From Azolla caroliniana (taxonomy: Eukaryota; Plantae; Polypodiophyta), in assembly GCA_043228905.1 (NCBI GenBank), contig JBHGNT010000002.1, positions 24,118,001 to 24,182,000 of the forward strand: 64,000 nucleotides of DNA, written 5' to 3'. The position numbers and the translations under genes are program-made. The notes under the pieces are model-generated. The model worked only from the letters and a program-made list of their open reading frames with translations. It was not told where the DNA came from and made no database searches. Shown here piece after piece: positions 1 through 13,105 of the stretch (position 1 is its first letter; the number at the start of each line of letters is the position of its first letter).

Positions 1-3000
1 GGAGGCCTGGCGTCCAAGTTCGGAGCGTTCCGGACTGCGGTGTGTACAAGGGAGAATACCCCCTCATTCTTCGACTTACAATCGATGCTCCTTGTAGAGG
101 AGAACCACGCCGGTGCATCTACCAGTGCATCCCCGGACAGCCGAATGATGTACACGGTAACGAATCGGCACTGTGGGCGTGGTGGAAGAGGTGGGTCGGC
201 ACGCAATGGAGGCGGCCGGCAAGAGCAGGAACGGAGGCACTATGAGTGTGCCGACAACAGTTCCGGGACTTCCTCAAGCAGGGGGAGTCAAGGCGGTGCC
301 GGAGGCCGGCAAGACAAATCCGCTACGAAATGCTGGTACTATGGCAGAAAAGGCCACAGGGAAAGCGAGTGCTGGAGAAAGCATGCCGATTCGGACAAAT
401 CCGGATCCGGCAAGACCGGTAAGGATGGCCGGCAAAACTCACACTACGCAAACGGATCAGGAGGATTCGGAACCGGAAAGGCCGGTAAGGGGCCAGCCTT
501 GGTGATGAATCACAAGGCAAACTCAATGAAGAAGACCACTTCCAAAACGGAGGAAGTGTGGTATGTTGATTCCGGCGCGTCGAACCACATGACGAGCCAC
601 AAAGAGTGGTTCTCCTTTCTGGAGAGACCGGATCAACCAGGAGTAGTCGAAACCGGAGACGACACTCCTCACCCAATCGTGCATGTCGGAGAAGTCCCTC
701 TAAGCCACGTAGGACAGAAAGGGAAGCTGATGAACGTGTTACACGTTCCGACGATCACGAAGAACCTGGTGTCCGTCGGTCAGATTGTCGACCAGGGGAT
801 GCAGGTGCGGTTTACGTACATCGAGTGCTTCATTGAGGATGAGGGCGAAGTCATTGCGCAAGGGCGCAGAGACGGGAGGATGTTTATCCTCGATACCAAT
901 GACTTTGGCACCGCTCTGTTCGCGAAACGACAGAAGGTCGAGTCGGACATCGACCTGTGGCACAAGCGGATAGGCCACGTCAACTACCGGAGGCTTAAAG
1001 ATCTGCAAACGAAACAAGTCGTTTTCGGTTTGCCGAAGTTCAGCGGCCGGAGAGCCGAAATTTGTGAAGCCTGCCAACTTGGGAAGCAACACCGGCTTCC
1101 ATTCCCCACCGAACGGAACCGGAGCCGTAACAAGCTCGATCTCATCCATTTGGATGTGTGGGGACCGGCACAAAGTGTAAGCCTTGGCGGGAGCCGATAC
1201 TTCGTCTCCTTCATCGACGACTATACTCGGCATACTTGGATCTACCTCATTGAGCGGAAGAGCGAAGTCTTCGACTGTTTCTGGAGCCTCCAAAAGATGG
1301 TGGAACGGGAATCAGAGAGGAAGATCAAATGCCTTCGGTCGGATGGCGGAAAGGAATATTTTTCCGGCCAATTCACTCGTTATCTGTAGCAGAAGGGAAT
1401 TCGGCGAGAGTTCAGCTGTAGATACACATCGGAGCAAAACGGTGTGGCCAAAAGGAAGAACCGGACACTCGTTGAAGCGGCAAGGGCAATGCTGGAGGAA
1501 AAGATCATGCCCCGGTTCTACTAGGCGGAGGCGGTCCAGACGGCCGTCTACATACAAAACCGCATCGGTGACAAGGTGTCAGCTCATGAGCTGTATTTCG
1601 GGCGCAAGCCAAACTTGAGACACCTTCGGATATTCAACAGCATAGCATATGTGCATGTGCCGGATCAGAAGCGGAGAAAGCTGGATGCAAAATCGGAAAA
1701 ATGCATCCTAGTCGGCTATGCTCAAGAGCAAAAGGGGTATAAGTGCTATAACCCCCGGACGAAGGAAGTCCGAGTTAGCCGGGATGTCGAGTTCGATGAA
1801 TCGGCATCCTGGTATTCCGTACCCACTCCGACTTCCGATCCCGACCCAATGCCGGAAGATCAGGCCAGTGAGCCTGAATCAGCCCTAGCAGAGGATGATG
1901 AAGCCGGGACTCAAGATGAGAGTCCGGAATCGTTTCGGTTGAGTGGACTGAACGAGCGACTGAGTCGGTTAGACCAGTCGGATGAAGAGACGGCAAGTGG
2001 TGGAGACTCTGCCGTGCTCTCCCCGCGCAAGGAACCGAGGAAACGGTTCACGCGCAAAGAGAAAGGGAAGAGGAAGATGCCGGAATTCGAAACCGGCAAC
2101 GATGAGTCGGATCGGTGCGTATCCGACTCCGGAAAAGAAAAAAGGCGGATCCTCGGCAACGAAGACCGAACTGGCCAAGAAGGGACTCAAATCAGGTGAC
2201 GGTGCGTTACGCCGATCAACCCGCCAGAAGGATCCCGTCATGCGGTACGGGTACAATGAATACATGGCGCATCATTATGCGTACATGACTAAGGTGACAG
2301 AAGTGCGTGAGCCGGAGAGCTACGTAGAAGCGGCAAAGGAGGCAAATTGGCGTGCTGCTATGGACGAAGAAATGCGAGCACTCGATGCCAACGAAACTTG
2401 GGACCTAGTTGATCCTCCCCGTCACTGTAAACCGATCGGATGCAAGTGGGTGTACAAGGTCAAGTACAACGCCGACGGTTCTGTTAACCGATACAAAGCC
2501 CGGTTAGTAGCGAAGGGATACGCGTAGACCCACGGAATCGACTACGATGAGACCTTCGCTCCTGTGGTGAAGATGACGACGGTTCGTGTGGGCCTATTGA
2601 GCACACATGCCGACCGAGAGGGTCGAGGCGCGCAGAACCAAAGGGGTCGCGGCAAACGGGACGGGACCGGACAAGGAGCGCGAGCAAGGCGGAGTGATGC
2701 CAGGAGAAGTCGGTTGAAAGAACCGACTGCCACAGAGGTCGACACTACGACCCCACCTCAGGTTGAGCTTGAGGGGGAGTGTTGAGCGGCAAGCTCAACC
2801 GGAGCCGGATCGGCTGAATAAGCCGGAGCCGGTAAGCGAGACGGATCGGGCGAAACGGATCGGTATGACGGTGAGCAACCGAACCGGCAAGCAGTGGAGG
2901 CCGGGTGCAATCCGTAACCGGCAGTCCAATCGGAAGCCTAGAATAGGATAGACTACTAGGTATCTATAGTCTCGTAGTAAGTGTCAGATGCTCATGTGAG

Positions 3001-3170
3001 CATTGAAGTACATGGTACTTCTGTCAGTCCCAAGAGGACTTGTATAAATCGTGCTACTTAGCACAGTGTGTATAAGTAGAGTCTTGATATAATTTTGAAA
3101 TTACGTTATGCTCTCTCTCTCTCTTTGTGTTGTTCTCTGTTTTACGCTTCCGCAAACACTTACGTTTACA
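1..3170 (+). mobile_element. Ty1/copia LTR retrotransposon (5' end outside window), defective, inserted into a gypsy pol
   Basis: Gag zinc-knuckle remnant, protease WYVDSGASNHMT, GAG-pre-integrase LWHKRIGH, integrase (CLRSDGGKEY), RT start (CKWVYKVK...YKARLVAKG). In-frame TAG stops at 1387, ~1522 and 2525. Most of RT/RNaseH is deleted at ~2590. PPT GAGGGGGAG at 2771-2779. Confidence 0.95.
2780..3170 (+). repeat. 3' LTR of copia element (391 bp, TGTTG...TTACA)
   Basis: Starts right after the PPT; same TGTTGAG..CAAGCTCAAC start as the LTRs at 22729 and 53981; gypsy coding sequence resumes at 3171. Confidence 0.85.
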
Positions 3171-6100
3171 ATAGTCTTATACCTCGTGTCTACATGGGCC
3201 GTCCAATCCGACCCGACTTTCTCCCCGAAGTCCGCAACGAGTTCGTACATTTCCATGGAACTGATCGCAATCACCCGGTCTTCTCTTATGCCTTTCTCGA
3301 CTACCTTCTCGATCTCTCCAAGGGTGTCGTCGAAAGAGACCGGCTACACGATGCCACTAATTTCATCGTTGAAGCTAAGGGCACCGCACGCCCTTAAACG
3401 CTCTTCTACTTTCTTCTTTTCCCGGCCGTTGACGCCGGTTATAGTACAACCTCCGCTATCGGAGAACCAAAATTTCCTACCTATGGCACATGTGTGGGGT
3501 TTCTCCGGGGTGTCTGGACTATTGCAACCCCACGCCTTGATTGCCCTCTCTAAAAATCCTCTCAGCTATCACTGCCGAGAGACTCGCAGTTATGCTCGTG
3601 GTTAGGTTGTACGGTCAGAAATGGAACGGAGTGACGCCCGTCCTGGCTCTTCACCCACGCGTACGCCGAACCGTTGTCCATCACTTTGGTCTCCATACAG
3701 GTTGCCATAATGTAGGGCTCATCGAGAATTATCGGGTGAGAGGACGTCTCTTGCACGAAAAAGTGCTGGTCTATCTCGACATCGCCAACCTTTACGCGTA
3801 CAATCGGGCACCCTCCATGTAGTTCCTCCGTAACGCGCGTATCTTCCACTTGTGCTTTGTGTTGATCGACCATTTCCCCTTTTTGTAGAAGTCCATGGAC
3901 ATCAGCTTGATTTCGGATCCATGGTGTATCAACGCCACCACTGGTTCCTGAACGCTCCCAATCCGAACAGGAATTTCCGTCGTTGCCCTTGCCCAATGTG
4001 GCTTCGAGTAGTGGCTTTCCACCAATTCGTCCTCTACAGTTGCGTCTTCCACGTACACCGTTCGCATTTCTATGGGCCTTTCCAGTTCCGGCTCTGTCGT
4101 GAGCCTCTTACGCTTCACTAAGTCTATGATTGAGTCGTGGAACTCCTTCTTGGCAATTCCTAGGCTTCCTTAACGTCATCTCCACCCAACTGTTGAGAAC
4201 CCACTCTTCGAGGACTTTGCACAAGTCTGTAGCCCTCTCTATTTCTGTGCCCAGCCAATAACCAGCCTGCTTTGTTCTGTCTTGTATGCCAGAATTCCCG
4301 GCGTCATTCTTCTTCGGTACGCTTCGCATTTCGTATCAGCTGGAGGGTCCGGCTCCTCCGCCTTTTCTCGCTTGTTTGTCTTCTACTAGAACTTCGTAGT
4401 TCTAGCACACCGCTTCCACGAAACTAGTCTTCTCCTTGACCGGATCGGTCCACCCTGTAACTTCCCGGATCTACTTCTCCACACGGTTTGCTTCCTCCTT
4501 CCTTAGTCACACTCTGGAGAGGCCTTCTAGCATGAGGGGCCAGAATCTGGAGTCCTTCGTCTTCTAGCCGCCATTGCTTCCGACCCGGATCCCAGTTGAC
4601 GCCGAATAATGGATGGCTTCGGCATGTCGCGTCGTGGCTTCTTCCATCAACCTCTTCATTCCGCCGCGCCCGGTATTCAACTCTAGGGCTTTCTGGATTT
4701 CACTTGCATGCACCCACCCATTCCAGAGGTACACTACATTGCTCCTAAGCGCCTCTGCAAAATCCACACACTCTTTCCAAACGTGACTGACCGCGTCGTA
4801 CCACATACATTGTTGGTCGACCGGAGGCTTCTAGTCCCGCGGATGTTCTCCGTTATCCCTCCGGGCGTGTGCAATCTGGAGATCGTGCACCATCTGCGTT
4901 AGTTCTTCTAGAGCTGCTCCCTTGGATGGGCCTTTGATTGCGCCGGTCGGGGCCGTGCCCGACTGAAGCCAACTTCGAGTCTCTTCCTTTCATGCTAGTA
5001 TCGACTCTTGAAGCTTCCTCCCCGTTGCCGGTCCTGCTGTCGACGAACCTTCGTCGCTCCACTCGCGCCGTTTGTCGAAACGGCTGCATACCCTCTTTAC
5101 CATGGCCCAATCAGTCGTGAGCCCATCGTCCGTCTCTAGTAGGAGACCCACCTTCTCCCGATCCTACACGTCCATAGTCTTGATCAACAACAATACACGA
5201 CTCGTGTCGAGCACGGTCCTGTCCAATGCCGAGAGCCGAGAAAACTGTTTCTCGAACTCCTAGAGGAGCACCGATGTGTTCCTCCCCTTTCTAGGGCTTT
5301 CGACCCATTCCATGAACTCCCGCTTCGACAGGTGGAGCGAGTCGTTGAACCCGTACCTCTCGAGAAGCTATCCCTCCAACTTCCCCCAAGTCGGGCAACC
5401 AGCCTGCACCTCGACCACCTCCGCGTGCATGCTCAATGTCACCACCCGAGGGAGTCCGGATAGTCGTCTGTCCTCCGGGATGTCTCTCATTATCTTTTCG
5501 GCCCGATAGGCCTCCAGATAGCTCATTGCATTGTCCAAACCGGCCTATCGTGACGATGATCGCTTCGATGGCCCTATCAAGGGCACCCATGCCCTCACGA
5601 GCGCTCACTAGCCAATCAACGGCTACCGCCATGGCTCTAGCAAGCTCACTTCCCCTCATCCTCCAGACTCCTCTGCCGCATGTTCACGTCGGCTTCACCA
5701 AATATGTCGCGATATTCCGCATACGTGTGTGAAGCTAGGCGGGACTACGGGGGCCTCGGACCGAAGAGCTTAAGAAGAAGAGGTGAGTTAGGAGAGACGG
5801 AGGGGTCCGTAAGGTGTGTGGTATCAAGGTGTACGGGGTACAACCGCTCTACCGTGATTGAGACAACATACCAGACGATCGACAAACAAAAACCAATAAT
5901 TGATTAAGTGATGCAGGAATTACAACCGGCACAGCCGGGGTTGAGCTACGAGCTCAGCGAACAACGCACACACTCACACACCAAGATACAACAAGCAGCT
6001 TCTGACGGGAGCACACAGGCTTCTTATGTTAGCAGAGGTGTCTGTGCTAACAAAACGAAGCAGAAGGCAGAGACCGGATGCTCAGTTCCCAGTCAAACAT

Positions 6101-6380
6101 CACTTCCTTCTCCCCTGAACGAGTGATCGTCATTTCATCGTACTCTTCCCCCTTTTATAGGTCAAGGAGGGAAGCCCGTCACATCACATAGTTACATCAT
6201 GCTTTATTCTCTGCCACTTCGGACAGAGATTCGTTTGATTAGACTACATATTTAACTCGCCTATATTAAACTTCTTCCATCACACCAACCTAGCCTAGTC
6301 TTAGATTATGTACAAGTTTAAATACAATGCACGCGTATCCGTGCACGCGGCCGTGCACACGCCCACGTCCCCGTTTCACA
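3171..6380 (-). mobile_element. Ty3/gypsy (tRNA-Trp-primed group) copy A: 5' LTR, decayed gag-protease, start of pol
   Basis: Colinear homology to the element at 30160-37159 (HYSKPHWARATTE, HGSEIKLMS, TRYKT); many stops; LTR ~5705-6380; PBS 5683-5700. Confidence 0.9.
5683..5700 (-). promoter_or_regulatory. Primer binding site complementary to tRNA-Trp 3' end
   Basis: TGGTGAAGCCGACGTGAA, 4 nt from the LTR end; the consensus of the copies is TGGTGAACCCGACGTGAA, the complement of the plant tRNA-Trp(CCA) 3' 18 nt as recalled. Confidence 0.8.
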
Positions 6381-8053
6381 TTTGATATGGATTTTAACAT
6401 TTTTGCATACTAAGAAATGTTGCTCGATCTGACATTGTTTTAAGAACATTGCAATGTGTGGTGGATCATATACATCCAACCTTCTAAAGTGAGTATACTA
6501 GTCTAAGACCAAGTATAACAAAGCACTGGAAAGAGAAAAGAGAATTATAGAAAAGGGTTATTCAATCAATAAGAGAAAATTGTATTTTGTATTAAAGAGG
6601 AAATATTACGTTGGGGGCGTCCCCCTAATTTCCAGAAACTAGCCCCTTCTTCTCTGTGCACACAACATACTTAAATACCCATGGACTCAACTATTTCACC
6701 ACCAATTTCTCTACCTACTTGACCACTAATTCCTCTAGCTACTTGACCGCTAATTTCTCTAGTTACTCCCAACCAATCTTCCCCTAATTTCTCTAATTCT
6801 AACTACTCCATAGTTACATAACACTCTCCCACGAGGCGAAGAGTTTCGTCCTCGAAACTAAAACACTAGTACAATAACATGACCTGCTAAATCCATAAGT
6901 AAATGAAAAAACGGAAAGAAGGACAATGGAAAATGTGGTTTTACCATACTAATATAGTAGGCAATGTCTAAACCCTTGCCATTGTAGCACTAATTAGAGC
7001 TAGGGTACCCGTACAAGAATGAGGGATCCGAACGAAACAAACTTTCTTCAGAGATCCATGTGGCTTCTGTAAGTTGTCGCCCTTTCCATTTGATCAAAAA
7101 TTTCGTGTTCCATTGCGCACTTGTTGTTTTAAGATTGCTTCAGGTTCTTCCGCTTCCTCACTTAGGTTAGTCTTCCAACTCCAGTGTTTATTTGCATGAA
7201 ATCTCTTCAGCAAACTTACACGAAATGTATCATGCACCTATGTTGACGGAACTAGGTAATTGTCGGTTGTAAGTATCTCCATTAAAACTTTGTTGAACTT
7301 CATTGTTATCCATGGGACAAAAGGGATATAGTGTGAAATTAATCTAAGGATACGGGGAGGAAAAGTAGGTGGAGAACGACAACCGGGAAGGAGGAAGGTA
7401 ACGAAATACGAGCAATCGAGAATGAAGGTTGAGAAGAAAGGAGTAACTGAAGCGCGCCAAACAGGAAGGGAAACTATATAACAAGAAGGAGAATCAGAAG
7501 GAAGAGGGGGGAGAATGCAAAGAAGATATACCTTGTCTAGCGAGATTTATTGTTTTCTTGAGTATATGAGAATAGAACTCCGGTTGTGAGCCGTGTAACT
7601 CTTGTACCTGAATACATTTATATAACTTGTGGGCCTAATCTGTTTGCACAATCTATCTGTGTTATTCGAACTAGCTATCATAATTCTTTGGTGCAATTTA
7701 CTAGGCCAATTGTGGCTTACAGTTTTTTTTCCGTAATTAACTATCCGCGCAAGCTAAGGGATTCCTGTCCACCACTACGTACCACAACCTCTTGACCCGA
7801 TTAGCTTAAGAATAATCGGAGGTGTTATCTCGAAGTAGAGACAACACAATTCAGCTTAGGCAACACAATGAACAATGTAGGTGGAAACCCCAGCCGCCAT
7901 TACGACGCCCAATTGCACCACATGTTTTCTCGGCTACCTTCCCGCCGCGTCGAGCGAGTTGAGGAAACTGCCGACTCCGCGCTGACACAACAATCATTGT
8001 CGGAGCCCCAGGAGTCGCACTACTCGCAAATAGCGCCCCCTGACACACAATCG
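6378..8053 (+). repeat. ~1.7 kb segmental duplicate, inverted relative to 14116-15786
   Basis: Continuous reverse-complement match, e.g. 6386 TATGGATTTTAACATTTTTGCATAC vs 15755-15779. Confidence 0.93.
6560..7303 (-). mobile_element. Chromovirus 3' remnant (integrase tail, chromodomain, 3' LTR piece)
   Basis: Reverse copy of 14888-15600; VHDTFRVSLLKRF...EPEAIL...FLIKWKG...EATW; TTTCGAGGACGAAA hairpin typical of chromovirus 3' ends. Boundaries approximate. Confidence 0.7.
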
Positions 8054-10430
8054 CACATAGGCTTTGAACCTCCGAGCCTTCCCGAAGTTACCCAAGCCGA
8101 GTTCAACCCCTTTCCGGCAGTTAGCAGAAGACCCGGACTTTGACACTATGTCGTACCCGTATCCCCGATATACGGATGACCCAGACATGGAGTCTCACAT
8201 CCGCTCTTTTGTGTCTACTTGAAAAGCCAACCATTTGACGTTGCGTCTCACCGCTGTGGAGGTCGATGCCTCCAAGATCGTTGAATTCACACTGTCCCTT
8301 GACGGACCCGTGGCGCAGTGTCGTGCCTTTTGGTGCCGGATGGTTGCGTGAGTCGGGTGAGAACCGCTGGGGTTTTGGACTAGGAGTACGAAGAATTTGA
8401 GACGAGTTTAGTTTTGAATATGAATAGATTATAAGAAAGAAAGATATGAAACTCGTGAATCCACGAGTATAGTGTATTAATTAATGTTTAGGAAAGAATA
8501 TGAATTTAGATTGCAAGAGAGAAATAGATGGCAAATTCGTGAATCCCATAAATATAATATATTAGTCAACCCTTATAAAAAATCAACAACCATATACATC
8601 TTTCTCTCTTCCTTATATAGTCATGAAAGAGGCTAAACCTAGCATAATGCTTTTCTAAAGTGTTCATGCACACTAGATGTCCCTGAATAGCTTTTTCTAC
8701 CATGATTTTAATTACTAAATATAGTGTTCATGCACTCTGGATGTGCATCATGATGAGTAACTTTTTCTTTGTTTGCGTTTTTCTTATAAATAAAGTTTTT
8801 ACGCACTCTAAATGTGCATGGGTTGTTTTCTATAAAAATAGGTGTAAATATAACTCTTATACCTATTAAATCTATATTTAGATTGCTTATAATCCGTTAG
8901 TACAATGGTAAGGTTTGGGGTTTGCATATATGAAGGTACATGGTTCGAAACTTGCCCTATGCATGTAATATATATTTTAATATTTTCTTTTGTTTCTTTA
9001 TGCATACTTAATCAAATGTCTCTTACATATTTCACATAGTGTGTGAATTACACTACGACAACGGTGGTACTCCCACTGTGAGTGTGGGGAATTTGCGACG
9101 TTTCAGGACGTCCGCACACAATTCCTCAAACTTTTTCACCAACAAGTACTGAAGCGGGAACTGTTGCGCCAATTCTACACATGAGACGGTTTCTCAGTTC
9201 ACAATCCGATTCAAGGATCTCTATCGGCAACTCGCGCAGGACGTCTCTGCGAATCATTTAAAACACACGTTCCTTGCCGACCTCCGGGGGCCGCTCCCCA
9301 CCACTCTCGCCTTGCACGATTTTGCTCAACAAACCATTGAGCAAATAGTCGCTCGCGTTCTCGCGGTAGATAGAACCCAACATAACACTTCTTTTTGGAT
9401 GGGGCCACTCCAATAGGCCTTGACGCCCCACGAAGAGATTCAGTTTCAGCAGGCCCTATATTGCACGACGTGAACGCAATCCGGCCACTCAGCTGTGGAT
9501 TGTCCGCTTCACCCACACTGCCCAATCTACCATTCTCGGGTGGATACGGCCGACCAATGTGAGTACAATATGATTAATCGCACAACCTCTGCCCCCTGTA
9601 CGACAGATCGAGCCCTGCCATGATTGTCCTCCATAGGACGATCGCCCCCCCACCATGGAATAGGGACGCGACGAAGCCCTGGTATGGTGATCAACATCCC
9701 CAGAACGATGGCTACCTACCCAAGATGGATGATTATCACTGCGACAACCAATACTAGTCAGAGGAGCCGCGTTATTGCCAAGATAATCGATCGTGACTCG
9801 AGGACGATCGCTACCGATAACGTGATGACCGCTATCGTCCGAACGACGACTATTACTGCTATGATTACTACCGAGAGGATTGTAACAAACCGAGGTATCC
9901 ACGGCACGACCGGCAACCTCCTTATAATAATTGCGGTCACCGACCCGCAGGCAAAAATCGACACCCCTTTGACAACCACCGCCAAGACCCTCTACGCACC
10001 GATAATAGAAGACACTCCTAGCCGAAGTCTCGGGACAACGCTCCTTGTGCCCCCACCTATACCTCGCCAGCCCAAGACGTTCAATCCCCAAAAATCAAAT
10101 AGCCCGAGCACGGGGAATGTAGCAGCTCGGCACCAGTCACATGCTTTAACTATAGCCAACTAGGGCATTACTGCACGTAGTTCCCGACCAACGATCGAGG
10201 TAAAGCACCTGCCGTAAACATCATTATGGCAGACATTCAACAGGTCACGACCCGAAGCAAGGCCAATAAAACACAATGGGATATTCAGGACGAAGTCCGG
10301 CAGGCCGCTAAAAAATGGATCCACAGGGCTAATTAGGCGAATACCGAGCGAATGCAAACCGAGATGAACGATATCACTATCGGTCCCTCACCCTCCTCTC
10401 AACCTTGTGTGGCAAGCTCTCACAAGCTAC
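7304..10430 (+). mobile_element. Older non-chromovirus gypsy: 5' LTR (7304-7846) plus decayed gag
   Basis: LTR TGTTATC...AGACAACA with TATA near 7477; gag remnant (YPRYTDDPDMESHIRSFVST..ANH, SKIVEFTLSLDGP, QCEYNMINR) homologous to gag of 42745-52597; right boundary approximate. Confidence 0.8.
8319..9060. mobile_element. Solo LTR (742 bp, TGTCGT...ACGACA)
   Basis: Interrupts the gag remnant, which is continuous in the copy at ~25070; termini match the Trp-group LTRs; flanks GCAG/ACGG, each one G>A change from GCGG. Confidence 0.8.
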
Positions 10431-11282
10431 CAAATCACCATGCCCTTACACAAACTACTCCAATTGCTTCCTTGATTCCAAAAAAGGGTATTTTGCATTA
10501 AAGAGGAAGTATTACATTAGGAGCATCCCTGTAATTTCCACGCGGTCCTATTTTGTATTAAAGAAGAAGTATTACATTGGGGGAAGAATCTAAGGGATGA
10601 AAACATGCGTTCGTTAATTCATATTTATTTAATTAATAACATGGTAAGGACAAAAAAGAAACGGAAAAAGAAAATAAAAAGAAGAAGGAGAAGGAAAAGG
10701 AAGAGAAAAAGGAAACCAGAATTTAATGTAGGTTGTGCCAAACCAGTTTAAGGATTGGTTTGGTTCGGTCAAGGCTTAACCGGTTTGGCTTGGATAAGGC
10801 CACAAAATGTGCACCTCTTCATGTGAAGGGATAGGAAGGCGTACATTTATTTTCCTAAAACCAAAATACTAAAAAAATATCATACTAATATGTTTTCTAC
10901 ATTAACATTATTCTAACAAATCAGTTATTGGGATCACATAGGTCAATTGCAGATATATCTTCTTTTTTGATTAATCCAATCATGATGAAATGTAACCAAA
11001 TATAAAAAATGCATTAAAGAAGTGGAGGAAATATTTCAAATGAACATGGATCGGTGTGGTTCACATAATAAATAAAGCCTTTGAATGTATTAGCTATGTT
11101 TCTTAATCCAAGGTTTCATGTATTAACCAAATATTAAGTAACAAAGCCCGTTTCCAATTGTCATATCAGCACATCACACATGTGCTCTTTGTCGTGCTAC
11201 ACATATTTTGTTTCAAAAGTTTAGTCCATTCTTGTAGTTGGGTGTCGAGTGAGTTTGTGAAGATAGTATATGTATGTTCTTG

Positions 11283-11776
11283 ACATTCATGTTCATTTCC
11301 TTTGATGTAACTTACTAAACTTGTGTTTGAATCCATCTTCATGGATCTTTTGGATGAATGTTCTTGATGTTGTACTTTAATATACCATAACTATATGACA
11401 GTTTGAATTGATCATAAACAAGTAGTAATGCGGTAACGATTGATGGGACATTTATAGGTTGGAGTTGTACTCATTGGAAAGTTTGTACAGTGAACAAACA
11501 AAACTCCCATGAAATATAATTAAAAGCATATAGGAAATTATTTTGACTCCAATATTTTGGGTATTTAAAATTTGGAGATCTGTACATTTAGATTATTGAG
11601 AATGGGATACATGGTTGGATCAAACCAAAAGAAAAAAACAATGACACAATGTATACAAATTATATCATCGGCCATGCCTGTGCCTGTGCCTGTGCCTATC
11701 CTTGTCGGCAATAAGCGAAACAAATGTGAAGTTTTTAAAATCGGGGAGTATGCCATTACAAAACAAAAAGGACTAT
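11283..11776 (-). repeat. Duplicated 3' flank of PPO (matches 29359-29865)
   Basis: Reverse-complement match, including the GGCACA repeats and AAACACAAGTTTAGTAAGTTACATC. Confidence 0.9.
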
Positions 11777-13105
11777 CTACACTTCATAGTTGATCCGGAG
11801 GCCTTGGATGGTCACTCTCTCGGTGCCCTTCACGATGATCGTGATCACGACCTCGTCGTCCTTCTTGATTCCCACACGTTTCAAGTTATCTCCGATCTCG
11901 AACTTTAGGTTGGTCATGAGCCACCGATGTTGGCTCGCCAATGGCACCACATTGAATGTCCCCATATACTCGGCACTGCTCGTGAGTGTCGTGTTGGTCG
12001 CACCGGGGAGATTAACGAACACTAGCAATTGCACGAAACTGTCTCTCACCACGTCCATCCCTTGGATCGTCAGCACCTCCTCCGAGTGCTCCGGCCTTTT
12101 CGCACCTATAGTGGATGGCGGTTGCACGCGTGCCACGAGCTTCTTGCCTAGCTCAATCGTCCCATTGAGAGGCGACAGACCGACGAACGGCACGCCCGAA
12201 GCTATGGCCGCCTGTAGGGCGCTCCCGTTTGAGACTGGGACCGGGGAGAATTGAATCCACAACTTGTCGGAGCTCACCCTCTTGTATTTGAGCCAAGCTT
12301 GCTTATGTCGAGCACATCTCACACCTTTATCTTCGCCATGTTTGCATATTCGTCGAAGAAAGGGAACTCGGCGTCGAGGAAGTTGGTTACATTAAAATCG
12401 TGGCGCTTGCCATCGGGGAGGTGGAATCGCCACATGTCCCACAGCCGGTCTAGTAATGGATGCCATTGTGGATCGCGTTCTCGATGTTGCTGCCCAACGG
12501 AGCAGAGATGACAGTGGAATTGGTGAGGTCGGACCCGAGAACGTAAGGGCCACCTAGGAAGAGCTCCGGGGTGCGGGCCGTCACCATGGCTTGATACATG
12601 GAATTGAGTTTCTCCAAGGTGATGAGGGTGGTGTTGCTGGTGCTACTGGTCGGGGAGAGACGGATGAGGGTGGAGCCCGAGAGCACGGAGGTGCTGCGGT
12701 TGGTGTCGAAGAGGGCGGTGCCATTGCGTGCGAACATGGGGGGCAACACGTTGCCGCGATCACGTTGGTCGTCCGAGTTCCAATAGACAAGTGTGAATGA
12801 TGGATTGCCGATGAGACTACCGAGGATGCGTTCGTGGAAGTAGAGGTACATACGGTGCCATGGGAGGAACAACCACGAGAAGTGGACCTAGAGAGGTTTA
12901 TCGGCAGCGGCGCCGCCTTGCTTGTAGGCACCGTTGCAAAAGGCACAATGGAGATCGGCCTGGACCTTGAAACTACGGGGATCGGTGTCGTGGAGGGCTT
13001 TCATGAGTGCGTATGCCTTGTTGTACTTGGCGATGTACTCTTCGCTCACACGGTGGGCGGGGTGCTGGACACAGGTCTTGGGGGACTTGTAGGCATCCAA
13101 GGAGA
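11777..13105 (-). pseudogene. PPO: Polyphenol oxidase pseudogene, 5'-truncated paralog of 27727-29358
   Basis: High identity to the intact copy; first ~70 codons missing; CAG>TAG at 12888; 94-bp deletion at ~12450 removing the third CuB His (YAHH); 1-bp deletion near 12290. Confidence 0.95.
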
